64,000 bases of DNA from Mytilus trossulus (Eukaryota), in the NCBI RefSeq assembly GCF_036588685.1, contig NC_086374.1, positions 65,286,001-65,350,000 on the forward strand. The letters are read 5' to 3'. The translations under genes were made by a program, and so were the position numbers. Every line of letters starts with the position of its first letter. Positions within the stretch are counted from its first letter, which is position 1. This document shows positions 63,421 to 64,000 of this stretch, piece by piece. The notes under the pieces were generated by a model. The model searched no databases and had not been told where the DNA came from. It was given only the letters and a program-made list of their open reading frames with translations.

Positions 63421-64000
63421 GTGATATCGTGACACCAAATCGCCTGCATATATATATATATATTTATAGTATACGTCACTTTAAATTCTTACTATATTCT
63501 ATTTTTAAATTTAGTACATTAAATAAGGAAGATAATAAAATGAAAAGGACAAACAATATCGTAGCTTCAAGAAAAGGTCAAGGACTACCAAAGACTCAGT
63601 CGCACACAGAAAAATAAACTGGATTTTTACTTTGCTAGAAACAGCTCTATTATCAAACCGGAATAACTCAGTCAGCCTCAATTGAAATAATAAAAAAAAA
63701 AACACGCGACACATAAATAAATAGTATGAGAAAATTTAGTACGATTCCACGTATCCATCTTAGGTAATTGTGTTACATAAAATATTGTCCCATATGAAAT
63801 ATTTTCCGTCCGACAAAATTTCATAAACAAAATTGTCTGCGGACACTTGTATATCTCATAATAGAAATGAAATATTAATGTCCTCACCCGCCTCCCTCTA
63901 GACAGTATTACATTATGCAGTTCTGACTGTCTATGATAATATTTCACTGTGAAATACTGTCCATGGAAATACTTCTTATCAAATTATTACAAAATAGTAT

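Larger units (their letters stand above)
61690..63448 (-). mobile_element. tRNA-derived SINE split by two insertions
   Basis: Rejoined minus strand tgcaggcgatttggtgtcacgatatcac-agtagcatgGGTTCGAATCCcggtgaggg contains a Pol III B box. Confidence 0.75.
55580..63540 (+). repeat. Diverged copy of block ~29030-34220 (another partial copy at ~45800-51480)
   Basis: Colinear landmarks in all copies, e.g. ...caacggaacac..., gggaatgttacaaaactt, gacagtttctcggatcac. Confidence 0.9.

Overview
AT-rich, intron-containing animal genomic DNA. The dispersed repeats resemble families I recall from Mytilus mussels; this taxon is inferred and unverified. Positions 1-23.3 kb hold the 3' part of a + strand multi-exon gene for a low-complexity coiled-coil protein that I identify as an AKNA (microtubule-organization protein) homolog. 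Twelve phase-consistent core exons end at TAG 23318, and three further symmetric exons are candidate cassettes. The last three exons and downstream DNA (from 16741) are duplicated from 36447, with splice sites and frame intact, starting exactly at the end of a ~173-bp A-B-A satellite patch. The rest of the window is a mosaic of 3-4 diverged copies of a ~5-8 kb block, one of them partly inverted. The block carries an unidentified minus-strand exon-like ORF. Comparing copies dates many insertions: Helentron-type HINEs, TA- and TTAA-site MITEs (some nested), a hAT-like and a Crypton-like element inside one tRNA-SINE, and LINE fragments. The most notable elements are retrozyme-like repeats with minimal type I hammerhead ribozymes. 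One is flanked by a ~124-bp direct duplication and one is joined to a LINE-like 3' tail. Repeat coordinates are read by eye and are approximate.
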